A DNA stretch of 64,000 nucleotides from the human T2T-CHM13v2.0 reference genome, Homo sapiens. The notes below the pieces were generated by a model that saw only the letters and a list, made by a program, of their open reading frames with translations, searched no databases and was not told the DNA's origin. How positions within the stretch are numbered: the stretch's first letter is position 1; every line of letters begins with the position of its first letter. Shown here piece after piece: positions 1 to 16,035 of the stretch. The DNA is taken from NCBI RefSeq assembly GCF_009914755.1, contig NC_060948.1, one strand, 5' to 3'. Position numbers and translations under genes: made by a program.

Positions 1-3540
<3,540 letters not shown>

Positions 3541-3599
3541 GATGTTAGCTGGTTATTTTGCAGGTTAGTTGATGCAGTTTCTTCCTAGCCTTGATGGTC

Positions 3600-4597
3600 T
3601 TTACAATTTGGCATGATTTTGCAGTGGCTGGTACCGGTTTTTCCTTTCCACATTTAGGGCTTCCTTCAGGACCTCTTTTAGGGCAGGCATGGTGGTGACA
3701 AAATCTCTCAGCATTTTCTTGTCTGTAAAGTATTTTATTTCTCCTTCACTTATGAAGCTTAGTTTGGCTGGATATGAAATCTGGGTTGAAAATTCTTTTC
3801 TTTAGGAATGTTGAATATTGGCCCCTACTTTCTTCTGGCTTATAGAGTTTCTGCCGAGAGATCCGCTGTTAGTCTGATGGGCTTTCCTTTGTGGGTAACC
3901 AGACCTTTCTCTCTGGCTGCCCTTAACATTTTTTCCTGGTGAATCTGACAATTATGTGTCTTGGAGTTGCTCTTCTCGAGGAGCATCTTTGTGGCATTCT
4001 CTGTATTTCCTGAATCTGAATGTTGGCCTGCCTTGCTAGATTGGGGAAGTTCTCCTGGATAATATCCTGCAGAGTGTTTTCCAACTTGGTTCCATTCTCC
4101 CCGTCACTTTCCGGTACACCAATCAGAGGTAGATTTGATCTTTTCACATAGTCCCATATTTCTTGCAGGCTCTGTTCATTTCTTTTATTCTTTTTTCTCT
4201 AAATTTCCCTTCTCACTTCATTTCATTCATTTCATCTTCCATCACTAATACCCTTTCTTCCAGTTGATCTCATTGGCTTCTGAGGCTTCTGCATTCTTCC
4301 TGTAGTTCTCGAGCCTTGGCTTTCAGCTCCATCAGCTCCTTTAAGCACTTCTCTGTATTGTTTATTCTAGTTATATATTCGTCTAAATTTTTTTCAGAGT
4401 TTTTAACTTCTTTGCCTTTGGTTTTAATTTCCTCCTGTAGCTGGGAGTAGTTTGATCATCTGAAGACTTCTTCTCTCAACTCGTCAAAGTTATTCTCCGT
4501 CCAGCTTTCTTCCATTGCTGGTGAGGAACTGCGTTCCTTTGGAGAAGAAGAGGTGCTCTGCAGAGTTTCCAGTTTTTCTGCTCTGGTTTTTCCCCAC
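3600..4597 (-). pseudogene. L1 ORF1 (RNA-binding p40), disrupted
   Basis: 3923-4147 encodes LIGVPESDGENGTKLENTLQDIIQENFPNLARQ. The start codon reads GTG rather than ATG at ~4595-4597, and the frame is broken. Confidence 0.88.
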
Positions 4598-5052
4598 CTT
4601 TGTGGTTTTATCTACTTTTGGTCTTTGATGATGGTGATGTACAGATGGGTTTTTGGTGTGGATGTCCTTTCTGTTTGTTAGTTTTCCTTCTAACAGACAG
4701 GTCCCTCAGCTTCAGGTCTGTTGGAGTACCCTGCCGTGTGAGGTGTCAGTCTGCCCCTGCTTTGGGGTGCCTCCCAGTTAGGCTGCTCAGGGTCAGGGGT
4801 TAGGGACCCACTTGAGGAGGCAGTCTGCCCTTTCTCAGATCTCCAGCTGCATGCTGGGAGAACCACTGCTCTCTTCAAAGCTGTCAGACAGGGACATTGA
4901 AGTCTGCAGAGGTTACTGCTGTCTTTTTTTTTTGTCTGTTCCCTGTCCCCAGAGGTGAAGCCTACAGAGGCAAGCAGGCCTCCTTGAGCTGTGGTGGGCT
5001 CCACTCAGTTTGAACTTCCTGGCTGCTTTGTTTACCTAAGCAAGCCTGTGCA

Positions 5053-5364
5053 ATGGCGGTCGCCCCTCCCCCAGCCTCGCTGCCACCTTGCAGTTTGATC
5101 TCAGACTGCTGTGCTAGCAATCGGTGAGATTCCGTGGGTGTAGGACCCTCCAAGCCATGTGCGGGATATAATTTCCTGGTGTGCCATTTTTTAAGCCTGT
5201 CAGAAAAGCACAGTATTAGGGTGGGAGTGACCCAATTTTCCAGGTGCTGTCTTTCACCTCTTTCTTTGACTAGGAAAGGGAACTGCCTGACACCTCACCC
5301 TGCTTTGGCTCACGCACGGTGCGCTGCACCCACTGTCCTGCACCCACTGTCTGGCACTCCCTAG
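5053..5364 (+). pseudogene. L1 antisense ORF0, interrupted by a premature stop
   Basis: ATG at 5053 gives MAVAPPPASLPPCSLISDCCASNR* with TGA at 5125-5127. The same frame continues as track ORF 5134-5364 (GVGPSKP...RVGVTQFSRC), which is ORF0-like. Confidence 0.8.
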
Positions 5365-5792
5365 TGAGATGAACCCAGTACCTCAGATGGAAATGCAGAA
5401 ATCACACGTCTTCTGCGTCACTCACGCTGGGAGTTGTAGACCAGAGGTCTTCCTATTCAGCCATCTTGGCTGTCTCCTCTCCCAAATATTTCAATAGCTT
5501 AGACACCACCTAAAAGTTTAGCTCAATAGAGTAACTTTGTATTTTTTACGGCAGAAATGAGGCTTCCTTTGACACACCATATTTCTGCAACATTGTTAAA
5601 GGGTGGCTTTCTATAGCAGCATAATTTATGGCCTGCCTCTAGGAAGGACCACGTTTGGTGTAGGATATTAAAAACAAGAGTATCTTATTTTTAAGTAAGA
5701 AAAAACAATTATGATACTTGGAGTCTTATTTTGTTTTAATTAAATCCCCCTTTCCTGTAACCATGATCAATTTCAGTTATCCAGTACTGATC

Positions 5793-6099
5793 TTGGCCAA
5801 GACTGGAAGAGAGCTTGAGGCCAGAAGTTCAAGACTAGTCTGGGCAACATAGCAAGACCTCACCTCTAAAAAAAAAAAAAAAAAAAAAAGAAAGAAAGAA
5901 AGAAAGAAAGAAAGAAGGAAAGAAAGAAAGAAAGAAAGAAAGATGGCTGGGCATGGTGGCATGTACCTCTAGTCCCATGTACTTGGGAGGATGAGGCAGG
6001 AGGATCACTTGAGCCCAGAAGGTCGAGGCTTCAGTGACCTACGGTTGCATCACTGCACTCTAGCTTTGATGTCAGAGCAGGACCTTGTCTCTAAAAAAA
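5793..6099 (+). mobile_element. AluJ-type SINE, 5'-truncated, middle A-linker expanded to poly(A)+(GAAA)n
   Basis: Left arm GAGGCCAGAAGTTCAAGACTAGTCTGGGCAACATAGCAAGACC, then an A/GAAA tract at ~5868-5942, then right arm GGAGGATCACTTGAGCCCAG. Confidence 0.85.
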
Positions 6100-7414
6100 T
6101 TTTTTTTTAAATACTGATCTTAAGACAGCAATTTCATTTCCCATGTTCTTATATCATATAGCGAATTTTGTTGACAAATGAAAATAAAAAAAGCCAGATT
6201 CAAAAAGTGAAAGTCTAGTTTGTGTCCCAGAAAATGGGTATTCCATCTTGATTCTGGGGAGTCATTGAAAGACATTCTCCCCACTTGGGGAAGGAAGGAA
6301 ATCCTCTGTCCCTTGTCTCTCCCCTTCAGATCACTTTTCACCATTGGGGGCTTTTCCTGGTCTAATTCTCTTGCCTGCCCACTTCCCCTCTTACTTCTTC
6401 CTTCCTTTCAACTTTATTTGGGATCTCATAAAGGACTGAGTCTTTCTTGAGAGGAATTTGAAAAGAACCAAGCACTATGACTGCCATTTCAGGATTGAAA
6501 AAGTATTTCAGGGCACACCCTGCATCTCCATAGAACTCTGCCTACCATGTTGCTTTCTCTTCCCCTCGTGGTTCATGTGAACGCTGGTTTGGGAAGGGAG
6601 CCAAGCCAGTCTTTTGTTCTTATTTTTAACTTATAATAACAACATATTTTCAGTCCACAGACTTCTGCAGATTGTGTGATTAATAATAAGGGTTGAGGCC
6701 AAAGAAGTGCTAACAACAAGGCTATAATTACATTATGAGTTTTTAGTGACAACAAAATAAACCATGGGAGAAAGCTCAAGGGACATAGGACATCTTAAGC
6801 ACACTTACCCAAATTATATAGCCACGTCAAACTTCCAGTTTTTAAATGCCTTGTAACAAGAGATGATAGGGATGTAGTGTTTTTAATCAAAGAAAGAAAA
6901 TCCTCAAGTTAAACCCTCACCCTTAAAAAATAATTGTATGCCCCTCATTTTGATGGCAACAACCTAATGGTATCCATGGCTTCAATTTCTCATGTAGCTG
7001 TTAACTGATGTTTAATGCAAAACACAATTTTACACTTTATTCATTTCTTTAAAATTCAAGCAATCTTATTTTGCTCATCACCAATTCCATGTGTTTTATT
7101 GTTTGCAATCTTGAAAGCTCCCCTTCTTAGCCTAGTTAGATACCTAGAACTAAAGCAAGTATATTTTCATTTGGGAATTATCTATTTCCTGGTTATTTAA
7201 TGGTATTATTATTATTATATATGAATTAATTCATTCTGATGAAAAATTTTCTTTCATTGAAGTCTGTGAGATACCAGTTGCCTCATGCAATACAGTATTT
7301 TTTTTTAATCCAAATTGCTAAATGCCCTTCTTTTCAGCAGACCTGTATTTCATGAATAAATCATTCTCTTTGGTAAGGCAAAGGAAAATAAAATTGTGTT
7401 TTGGAGAAGCAATA

Positions 7415-7640
7415 GGAAGAATAAGAGTGTGAATGCCAGATCAGCCAGATTTCAATCCCATCAGTTCTTTCTTGTCCCATGACCTTGAGCAAATTACTTA
7501 ACCTTTGTGTGCCTATATTTTCTCATCTGGTCAATGGGGACAACAGTAGTTCCAGCTCATGGTGCTCTTTGCACATGTAGTAAGATAATGCATGGACACA
7601 GGCATTATTGCACAAGGCACCCAGTTGGAGTTAGTCTTCT
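7415..7640 (+). mobile_element. MIR SINE relic
   Basis: MIR core TGACCTTGAGCAAATTACTTAACCTTTGTGTGCCT...TTCTCATCTG. Confidence 0.7.
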
Positions 7641-7745
7641 TTGTATTAATTACAGCTGGAGCCCTCTCATGCTCTTGTTGTTCAGAAGGACATTTGAGAA
7701 CACAGGACTGATTCACCACTTGATGCCTGGCTGTTTATCCCTCAG

Positions 7746-7860
7746 GATCATTGATGGACATGATCTGATGCCCCTACTTGAAGGAAAATACCAGTACTCT
7801 GATCATGAGTTTCTCTTCCGTTACTGAAATGCCCACTTAAACGCTGGTGCCCTTGGAACA
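7746..7860 (+). pseudogene. STSP1: Disabled exon of an unprocessed steroid sulfatase (STS) pseudogene, homolog of the STS penultimate exon; probably Y-linked STSP1
   Basis: Acceptor TTTATCCCTCAG| at 7745 and donor |GTGAGT at 7861. Translation (R)[30 protein letters not shown] versus recalled human [47 protein letters not shown]>TGA at 7825-7827. The exon is 115 bp versus 122 bp expected from the STS peptide, implying a 7-bp deletion. Confidence 0.88.
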
Positions 7861-9694
7861 GTGAGTAAACTGACCTTTCCATGCTTCTCATGCTTCATGC
7901 AACCTATGCCATGGGAATACATAAAACTAAAATGCAGCTCTGCTTGATAGAGGCCAACAGGTTCCTCAGTGTGTGACCATACTTTGCTTTGTCCTGTTCT
8001 CCCTCTTCCTCCTCTCTTCTCCTTCTTGTTCAGGTATGATGATGTCAGGGGTGCTGTGTTATTCACCCACCTGAACGACACCCACAGCTCCTCTTTACCA
8101 GCAGAGGAAGTCCCAAGTTCTCAACAGGGTACTGTGGCTGGTCATTTATTGCATGCACAACTGCCCAGCCTCACTACCTGGCACTCCTCTCACGCTGAGG
8201 CCAGCAGCCCCTGTACTCTGTGCATTGCTGTGCTTATACTTGCAGGTTCTTCTCCTAGAAGGTCTCCTCACCTTGTCCTTCTTGGAGGGTCCTACTCAAT
8301 GCCCCCCAGTCCCTGCTGAAATGCCTCCTCTGCCTGCCCTCAAAGCATTTCCCTCACTCTTTTAGCACAGCACTAAAAGCTTGAGAATGAATGAGTATAT
8401 GGCATTTAAATGTTTACCTGACTGACTTTCGCAGCCTAAAGATGATGGATCATGACTCACTGCATCTGTATTTTGTGCATCATGCATATTTGCTATATTT
8501 AGATATTTAAAGCAAAGTTAAAATGTTCTTCAGTGCTATCACATTTCTTGAACTGGGAGTTTCTTTAATTGTGCAATCAAACAGGATCTCATGTTGCTTT
8601 TCTAATACTCGTTTTATAGTGGCTTTTCCAATTAGCAAACAGGAACAAATGGTTTATAATCTTAAGTGTGGTTATTCATTTCAGACCTTTCTTTCATATT
8701 TTTAAAACTTAGAATTACAGTAATATTCCTATCACTAAGATACCTGACAGTCGATGGAAAGTGGTGAGCAATTTACACAACTATCATATGTTCCAGAGGT
8801 ACCTGTTGAGGTTGGAATTTCAGTTCCTTCTTTGGAGGTAAAATAAAATTCCCCTTTTCTCTAAGGGGCTTTGGAGCTCTGTTTCTCGAACCTAGGACTG
8901 ACCCCCGATGGGGAGGGAATGTAATAACATCCTAGCTGCTAACTTCTTCTTAAACTCAGGATGATTCCATTCCATTTTCCAACAAATCTTTGTCTCTTCC
9001 TCAATCAGATAGCCAATTTAACCAAGACTAATTTAAGGAACAACCTCTTTTTTATTTATACAACCTTTTTATGAAGTTACACCCCTAATAAGGCGGTGAA
9101 ATCACACCAGTTTTATGCTTCATAGTTTCTCCTTTAAGTCTGGGCAGTTTCCTCATGATATGTTCTAGAAGACAAAAAACAACAGAAACATGGGCTTGCG
9201 ATTTTACTTCTGGAAGCATTTTATTCACATATCTCATCCATGTGGCCAGAATTCCTAGTTTCCATAAGCACACTGCTTCTTTTTTTAGATCAGTTTATAG
9301 CATCGACTTCTGAGCTTTGTAATAAATGAGAGCTCAAGGACTCTTAATTTCTTTTTATATGGCGCCAGCAAGGAATGTGAAGAACAAAGTCTCTGTGACT
9401 ACTGCATGTCCGAATAAGACTGTATCATGTCCTGAACCTTGCAAAATTGTATTTTAATAGAGCCAAATCCCCAGTTAGAGAAGTTGGAAGGAACATATTG
9501 GATCAGAGGCTGGAGGAACACATTATGTGGAGGAGTAAAGAGAAAGGGGACAGGAAGAGATAGAAAATAGGAGTAAGAAAAACAAGACCCAGTTTCTCAT
9601 ATGCAACTGGTCCCAGGATAAAATTTGCTTCTTACGCACAAGTAACATTTCCTGTGAATGCTATTCGTTCAACTCTCCTGCCTTGAACAGGTAA

Positions 9695-10035
<341 letters not shown>

Positions 10036-10189
10036 AAAAGTATCTCAAGGCTAGACTCAGTCATCAAGATAAAGAACGTCAAGAAAACCTGATGTTTATG
10101 AATCATTTATTATGTATTTTTCAGATGCTATTTGAAACTTGTAAACATGTTTGCTGTCTTTGGTTTCATGTATGGCTTCATGTTTACTC

Positions 10190-10440
10190 ATTTCGTATTT
10201 TATCTATTCATTTTTCTCTAGAAATATGTATTGAGCCCGTACTGTGTGGAATGTACTGTGTTTGTGCTGACATCTGTCAGGAAGCAAAACAAAGTTCTCT
10301 ACTGACGAGTACCTTACATTTTAGGGAATGAGGCACTGCTAGTTGTGCAATGTGCTGGAAATACAGGGATGCGTAAGGAAAATGTGACTATCATTCACTG
10401 GAGCTTTCTGTCACCTGGGGAAGACAGATGTTAAACTAGT
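10190..10440 (-). mobile_element. L2 3'-end relics
   Basis: CATTT...ATGTATTGAGCCCGTACTGTGTG... and TGTGCTGGAAATACAGGGATG...GAGCTTTCTGTCACCTGGGGAAGACAGA resemble L2 3' ends. Confidence 0.5.
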
Positions 10441-10616
10441 ACTAGTTGAGTGAGTCTCCATAGCTCATCTCAGGTGGACTTTGGTAACAGCTTGTCAATA
10501 ATCACTAGCTTATGGAACACATTTCATAAATCTTAGGGATAAGAGGGGTTGTCACCTGACCTCAGAATACTTTATTAGAGAAGAAAAAGAAATGTAGGAT
10601 TAGGGTTCAGTAGCAG

Positions 10617-10807
10617 GCAGTGGTATGTAGGAGTCAGCTTTTGATTTTTCAGGAATCTTGCCAGCTGCTTGTGAAATTATTGCTCATTTTCATTTGGCTC
10701 TGTTGGGGGTGTTTACAATATGGCAATTGGAAAACACAACAAATCCAGGCTGGCTTCCTCTCTCAGAGCCCTAGATTAACAACAGTTTGTTTGTATCAGT
10801 AGAACTG
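10617..10807. mobile_element. hAT (MER63/MER81-like) DNA transposon relic
   Basis: Begins CAGTGGTATG and ends ...AGAACTG. Internal TTTTCAGGAATCTTGCCAGC and GTGTTTACAATATGGCAATTGGAAAACACAACAAATC resemble this group. Confidence 0.5.
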
Positions 10808-11689
10808 ATTGCAAATATTTTTAAGATGCTCTTACTATTTATCTTGATTGCTTGGAAGACTAAATGTTATTCCAAACTCATGAAATACTGATTTTTAAAA
10901 ATTCTAGAGCTAGGATGTAATTTCCACCCTTTAAAAACATGAATCACTTTTAAGTTTTGTATATAATATCTTCTCTATAATTTAGTTTTCTCAGCAAATT
11001 AAATGACAATTTAATTATGATCTGATATCATTATTCCTATTACATGTTAAAAGAACTCATGGAAAGCATGATTATAACATGGATAACTTTTCTCACGCCA
11101 AGTGGGAATTTTGAGTTAAAATTTACAATTCAATGGGTATGAAAAATCTTGACTTTAATGTTTGATATTATGAATTAATATTATTAAAATTAAACACAAT
11201 GTCAACTTGATTTTATAGATGGAATTTATCTTAGAGGGTAGATGGATATTTGGCTCCAGAATTTTCAAGCTGATGACTGTAGTCTGTGAGATAAATACTC
11301 ACATTAATGGAGAGTCCCCAAACCAGGTGGTCACACTAAAATCCATGGGATAGCTGTAGGTATATTCTATAATGCAATGCAACATAGTACACAATTAATA
11401 GCTTAAAGCATTTTGTACAGACATATATGGAACCTTAGTATCATGTGGAAAAAAAAGGTGACATTTATTTGAAATGTCACCCTTTAGTCAGGAAATGGGA
11501 TCTCTATGAAGCTATCAAAATTAATGCAAAGGAACAAGGCACTCATACCATCCTTTCTCTGGGAGAAGGATGTAGACATCCTCACACTGAACTAGCAGAG
11601 TCTCATAAATCTTGCTCCATTTTCAATTCAAGTTTGTTGGAACCTTTTGTTTTCCTTTGATTAAAAAAATACCTTTATTTTAAAAATGA

Positions 11690-11870
11690 CAACATGAGGA
11701 ACATTTGAATGACTCTTTTTTAGCTATTGTGAGATATATAGTCAATTAATGTTAACTGGTGATAGATATCCCAGTTTCCCTGATTTGAGTATAAGAGTGT
11801 TTCAAATGGTCACAGGTACCTTGAAAATATATACATCAAATATGAATCAATAAAAAATAAGTAAATAAAA
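11690..11870 (+). mobile_element. Old L1MA-type 3' end fragment
   Basis: GGTGATAGATATCCCAGTTTCCCTGATTTGA...CACAGGTACCTTGAAAATATATACA, followed by an A-rich tail. Confidence 0.6.
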
Positions 11871-13619
11871 TTATTACAGCAATATGATAATGAAATTTAT
11901 TCTTAAGGAATGTGTTCTTATCCAACTTTCTGAAGGACACCTTTCTTTCAAAATAGGAGCTCAGTAATGGTTTAAAATGAAAACCAATGTTTCTATGGTA
12001 ATGCAAAAAAATGCTTTCATTACTCACTGTCCAACATTTTCATTTAACTAAAAATTAATTTTGCCTCTAAAATATACCTAATAAAATAGAAGAGATTTTC
12101 ATAACAGCCACATATGAGTTAACAGCTTCAGAATGCCAGCACTTGGCTTTTGCTTTCTTTAGTAATTTTGGTGAGTATTTGCCAGATGCCCTTCCTTGTC
12201 TGATCCTCAGAATTAGGATCTAAAGTGTCAGAAATAACACATTGAGAGCTGAAACTGACCTAATGTGAAATGGAGCATTGCCAAATTTAAGCTCACCAAA
12301 TACAGTCCAGTGTTTCAGCTTACCTTATAAAAGGACATATTCTCATCCTAATCTGTAACTGTAGCAATTAAGAAAAAGCACATATATGTAAATCATTTCA
12401 AGGTTATCTTTTATGTCTCAAGTTTTTTTTTTTCTTTTCCTGTGAACACCTCAAATGCTGCATTGCCACAAGGTTTTAATAGTTCAGACATGTAGCCATT
12501 ATTTCACTCATGTGCCTGTGAAGCTTAGTAACAAGGTGCAACATTTGTACTCATAATTGTAGCAGCACAGGATTATGGTGTCCTGGGATGAACAGAATTT
12601 GCTTCAGAGACCTAGAAGAAGTAGTAACTTAAGAAGTTAGAAGAGTTTCCTTAGACTTCTAATATTTTTATTGAATTTATTGCATATTGTTATGATCCAG
12701 ACACATCAGTAACAGGCTTAACTTCCCCAAACATTCATTTCTTTTAGTGGTAAAAGAACACACATGAATAGATTTTGTGTTTTTCAACACAGTCTATTAA
12801 ACTTATATTCTCTTATGGAACTTCATATTACCTTATAGACAGTATGAGACAGTATATGACATAAACTCACTTTTCCTCCAAAGTTGTAATCTGTTTAATC
12901 GAACAATACACTAATACTGTGGAAGAAACAGTCCTGGTCATTGCTTTTGATAATTTGCTACACTACAAACTTACCTCCTTATAGAGACAAAGTAAATCAA
13001 AATTGAATTTCTTTCTTGAATTCCAATAAATATATAAATAAATCCTACAAAAAAACTTGGTGTGTCTGAAAGTTCAAACGCCTTTTACCATCTAAGCTCG
13101 GCACCCAGCTAATTCTGATTTTTTTTGCAAGAGGTCACTTTGATCTCTTCTCCTTGCATTCTCTGTTCTACCATTTCATTGATTTTCTGCAGTATTTTGC
13201 ATATCTCTTTTCTCTGACTTCAACATGGGGCATCTCTCAGTTATCCCGGAATGTCTGTTTATGTTTCTAACCCACTGCCAGATTTGCTTTTATATGCTGT
13301 CAGACCTGGTGTTTTCTACATAGACATTTTAGTTCTAACCAGGACATGGAATATTTAGCAGCTTTTTGCATCTTCCTTACTTTTGTATGTTCTATACAAA
13401 AAATGTTTTGTAGGTGGTTATAGACATTTGCCTTGTTAATCTCATAATCTTGAAATTTCTCATCTCTTTTATTGATTATTGTGCATCTTTTGGAGACATG
13501 CTTGACAACAGTAAACATTGATGTTTGTTGCATATTTACTGTCTGCTAGGCACTTTGTCGATGACTTTGCATTTGATATCTCATTTAATCCCCTGAATTA
13601 AAAGAGATAATGATAATGT

Positions 13620-14045
13620 TAGTTTCATGTTTGGTTTTAGTAGAAAACAAACAAAAAATAATAGTTTACATTAGAGAGAAGTTCATATCTCCATCTCACA
13701 GGTGAAGTCTAGGGCTGAATGGTCCACAAAGTCTCTTAGAATCACCTAAGTGGCTTCTCCACCTACTGTAGAATGCGGCAGTTTCATCTTCTTGGTGAAT
13801 GATTGTCTCTACCCTAAGTGCATACAGTGGTGGAGTGGATGGGAAAGATGGGAAGAAAAAAGGCCACGGGTACTACTTCCCAAGGAAGATAGTCAGACTC
13901 TTCTCAGAGGCCGGAAGTTGGTCACCTGTTCACATCTAGCTTCACAGGATGCTGTGAAGGAGACTTTTGTTATGGGTGTCTATGTACCCAGAGGAACATT
14001 CAATGACTGTGGGAGGCTGCGGGAACAGCTAGCTGTCTGTCCTCC
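13620..14045 (-). mobile_element. MLT1K/L-like MaLR LTR relic
   Basis: Degenerate similarity: GAAGTCTAGGGCTG...GGCCGGAAGTTGGTCACCTGTTCACATCTAGCTTCACAGGATGCTG. Confidence 0.5.
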
Positions 14046-14047
14046 CA

Positions 14048-14259
14048 GTGTAAAACCCCATCTCTCATAAAAATACCAAAACTAGCCAGGTGCCTGTATT
14101 AAAGCTATTAATACAGGCAGGTGCCTGTAATCCCAGCTTCTCAGGAGGCTGTAACAGGACAATTGCTTGACCCTGGGTGGCAGAAGTTGTAGTAAGCCAA
14201 GATCGTGCCACTGTACTCCAGTCTGAGTGACAGAGCAAGATTCCATCTCAGAAAAAAAA
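14048..14259 (+). mobile_element. 5'-truncated AluS-type with an internal fold-back rearrangement
   Basis: AAAACCCCATCTCT...GCCTGTAATCCCAGC...GACAGAGCAAGATTCCATCTCA plus A tail. Confidence 0.85.
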
Positions 14260-14807
14260 TCATTATTATATTTCTAGCATTACATACATGTTAAAAGTTA
14301 AGCAAATTGATTACTGAGGTATACGTAGGCATCACTTTACAAGGTCAGCAACCCTGCAGGAAAAGCAAAGTTGCAATCTACATATCATTGTTACTAAGGA
14401 GGTCTTTTTTTTTTTCCAATAAAGAAGCTCAGTTCTTAGAATTTTCTGAAGGCACACAATGAAGAATGGAGGGGAAAAAGCACACACCAAACAAATATTT
14501 CACTTATTGCAGGAATCTGATTGCATCCAGGGAAATGTTTACTTAGAATATGTTAATGCAAAGTTAAAATAAAATGTTCCTTGGCAATTAAAAATGCTGT
14601 GCACTAATACATGCTTTCTAATGTGATTCAATTCAACAATGTAGTGAATGCTTACTACATTTTCAGCTTGATGTCAAGCAATGGGGAATACAAGTTCCAG
14701 TTCTGCAAAGATTCATCAACTTTCTTAGCTCAAGAGAGAGGCTGAGAAATGCAGGGAGGAATAAGACATAAAATACCTCCAACCTCCATGATCCGAGAGT
14801 GGGGAAA

Positions 14808-15049
14808 GGCCTGATTATAACCCATCAGGCACACTTCCTAATGCCTTTTTAGGGCCTACAAAAATGTTTTAATTTCTTTTATAATCAGAAGAAGAGAAAA
14901 TGAACATTGGGGATTGGAGATCATATTGTCATTTGGAGCAACATTGTCATAAAATGTAATGTTAATATGTTTTTATATAATATATTTTGATATTAAAATA
15001 TATTAATATATTTTGCCTTTGTGACCCACGGAAGTCTTACTGGGCCCTG
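14808..15049. mobile_element. MER96-like hAT MITE
   Basis: TTTTAGGGCCTACAAAAATGTTTTAATTTCTTTTATAATCAGAAGAA, ending ...TACTGGGCCCTG. Confidence 0.55.
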
Positions 15050-15489
15050 GGGACAGGACCCTATCCTGGTGAAGCAGCTGCTTTGCTCTACAAACACCTG
15101 GGGCAGAAATTTGGTTTGAGAAATATTGTTCTGTCTTTACTTTTCTTTCAATCAGATTCCTTAGGAAGACCAAGCCAGTGTCAGAACAAACCTCTGAAGC
15201 AGTAAGAAGCTGGAGTGACAAGAGCATACTATGCATACTAGGATCAGCTCTGGATTGACTGAGCAAATTTAATAAAATGTCAAAACATGTCCATAAAGGT
15301 GCTGCTGGTGCGTGCATGCCCATAGGGAGCTAATATGCTCAGGAAGAAAGGTGTTGATCCCATGGAGACTTTTAAAAGCTAAAGCCTTGTTGCCTTCTCT
15401 TTAGCGCCCAGAGAATGTGGTATGTGATGCGAATGCTCAAAACCTCTTAAATCATAGCTGTCTAACCTCTGTGTAACTCACCTCTATCC

Positions 15490-16035
15490 CAGGCTTCATG
15501 AACAAAGATTCACCACTTGACCAAATGTTAGCCAAGCTCCTCAACCTTTTCCCAGGCCCATCTGTGCACTTCCTTGTAAAATCCAATTTTAGCAAGAAGC
15601 TTGTTAGAAAAACATGATCGTCTCCATGTATAAATAATTTAATTTGAAACCTTGGATTCTCAAATCCTCAGTGAAGCAAATTTTATATCCCAAACCTCGA
15701 TATAAAAGTGACTGTGTTTGCTTACATAGTAAGCTCCTCAGCCTCCTCTGCCCTCCAGGGGATGTGTGGTCACCTGGTCAGCCTTCTAGAATCCTGTTAG
15801 GTCAGTTCAGCTGTAATCCTGCTGGACTTTGGTGTTTCCTCTTGGTAGTTTCCATCCACTGATGGGCACCCTGCTCCCTGGCTATGAATCCCCACTTTCC
15901 CATGATGTATTAAGAGCTGAGCCCAATCTCTTCCCCCACTGTAAGCCCCCACTGCTGCAGTTGTCATGATGGTCCTGAATGAAGTCTTCCTTACTGTGTT
16001 TTAATAACTAGCACTGAATATTTTTTTCTTTAACA
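15490..16035 (+). mobile_element. ERV1 solo LTR, MER39/MER4-group-like, interrupted by a templated insertion at 15604-15734
   Basis: CCAGGCCCATCTGTGCACTTCCTTGTAAAATCCAATTTTAGCAAGAA, AGAATCCTGTTAGGTCAG, GAGCCCAATCTCTT; terminus TTTTTCTTTAACA. Confidence 0.7.

Noticed and set aside
7507-7827. 106-aa ORF as a real CDS
   Set aside because: The N-terminal part is MIR/intron sequence. Only the last ~27 codons are the STS pseudo-exon.
8028-8076. Box C/D snoRNA or miRNA
   Set aside because: It is only ~50 nt, the CTGA lies within the terminal stem rather than inside it, and the inner pairing is weak.
10434-10447. 14-bp perfect palindrome AACTAGTACTAGTT
   Set aside because: A few palindromes of this size are expected by chance in 64 kb.
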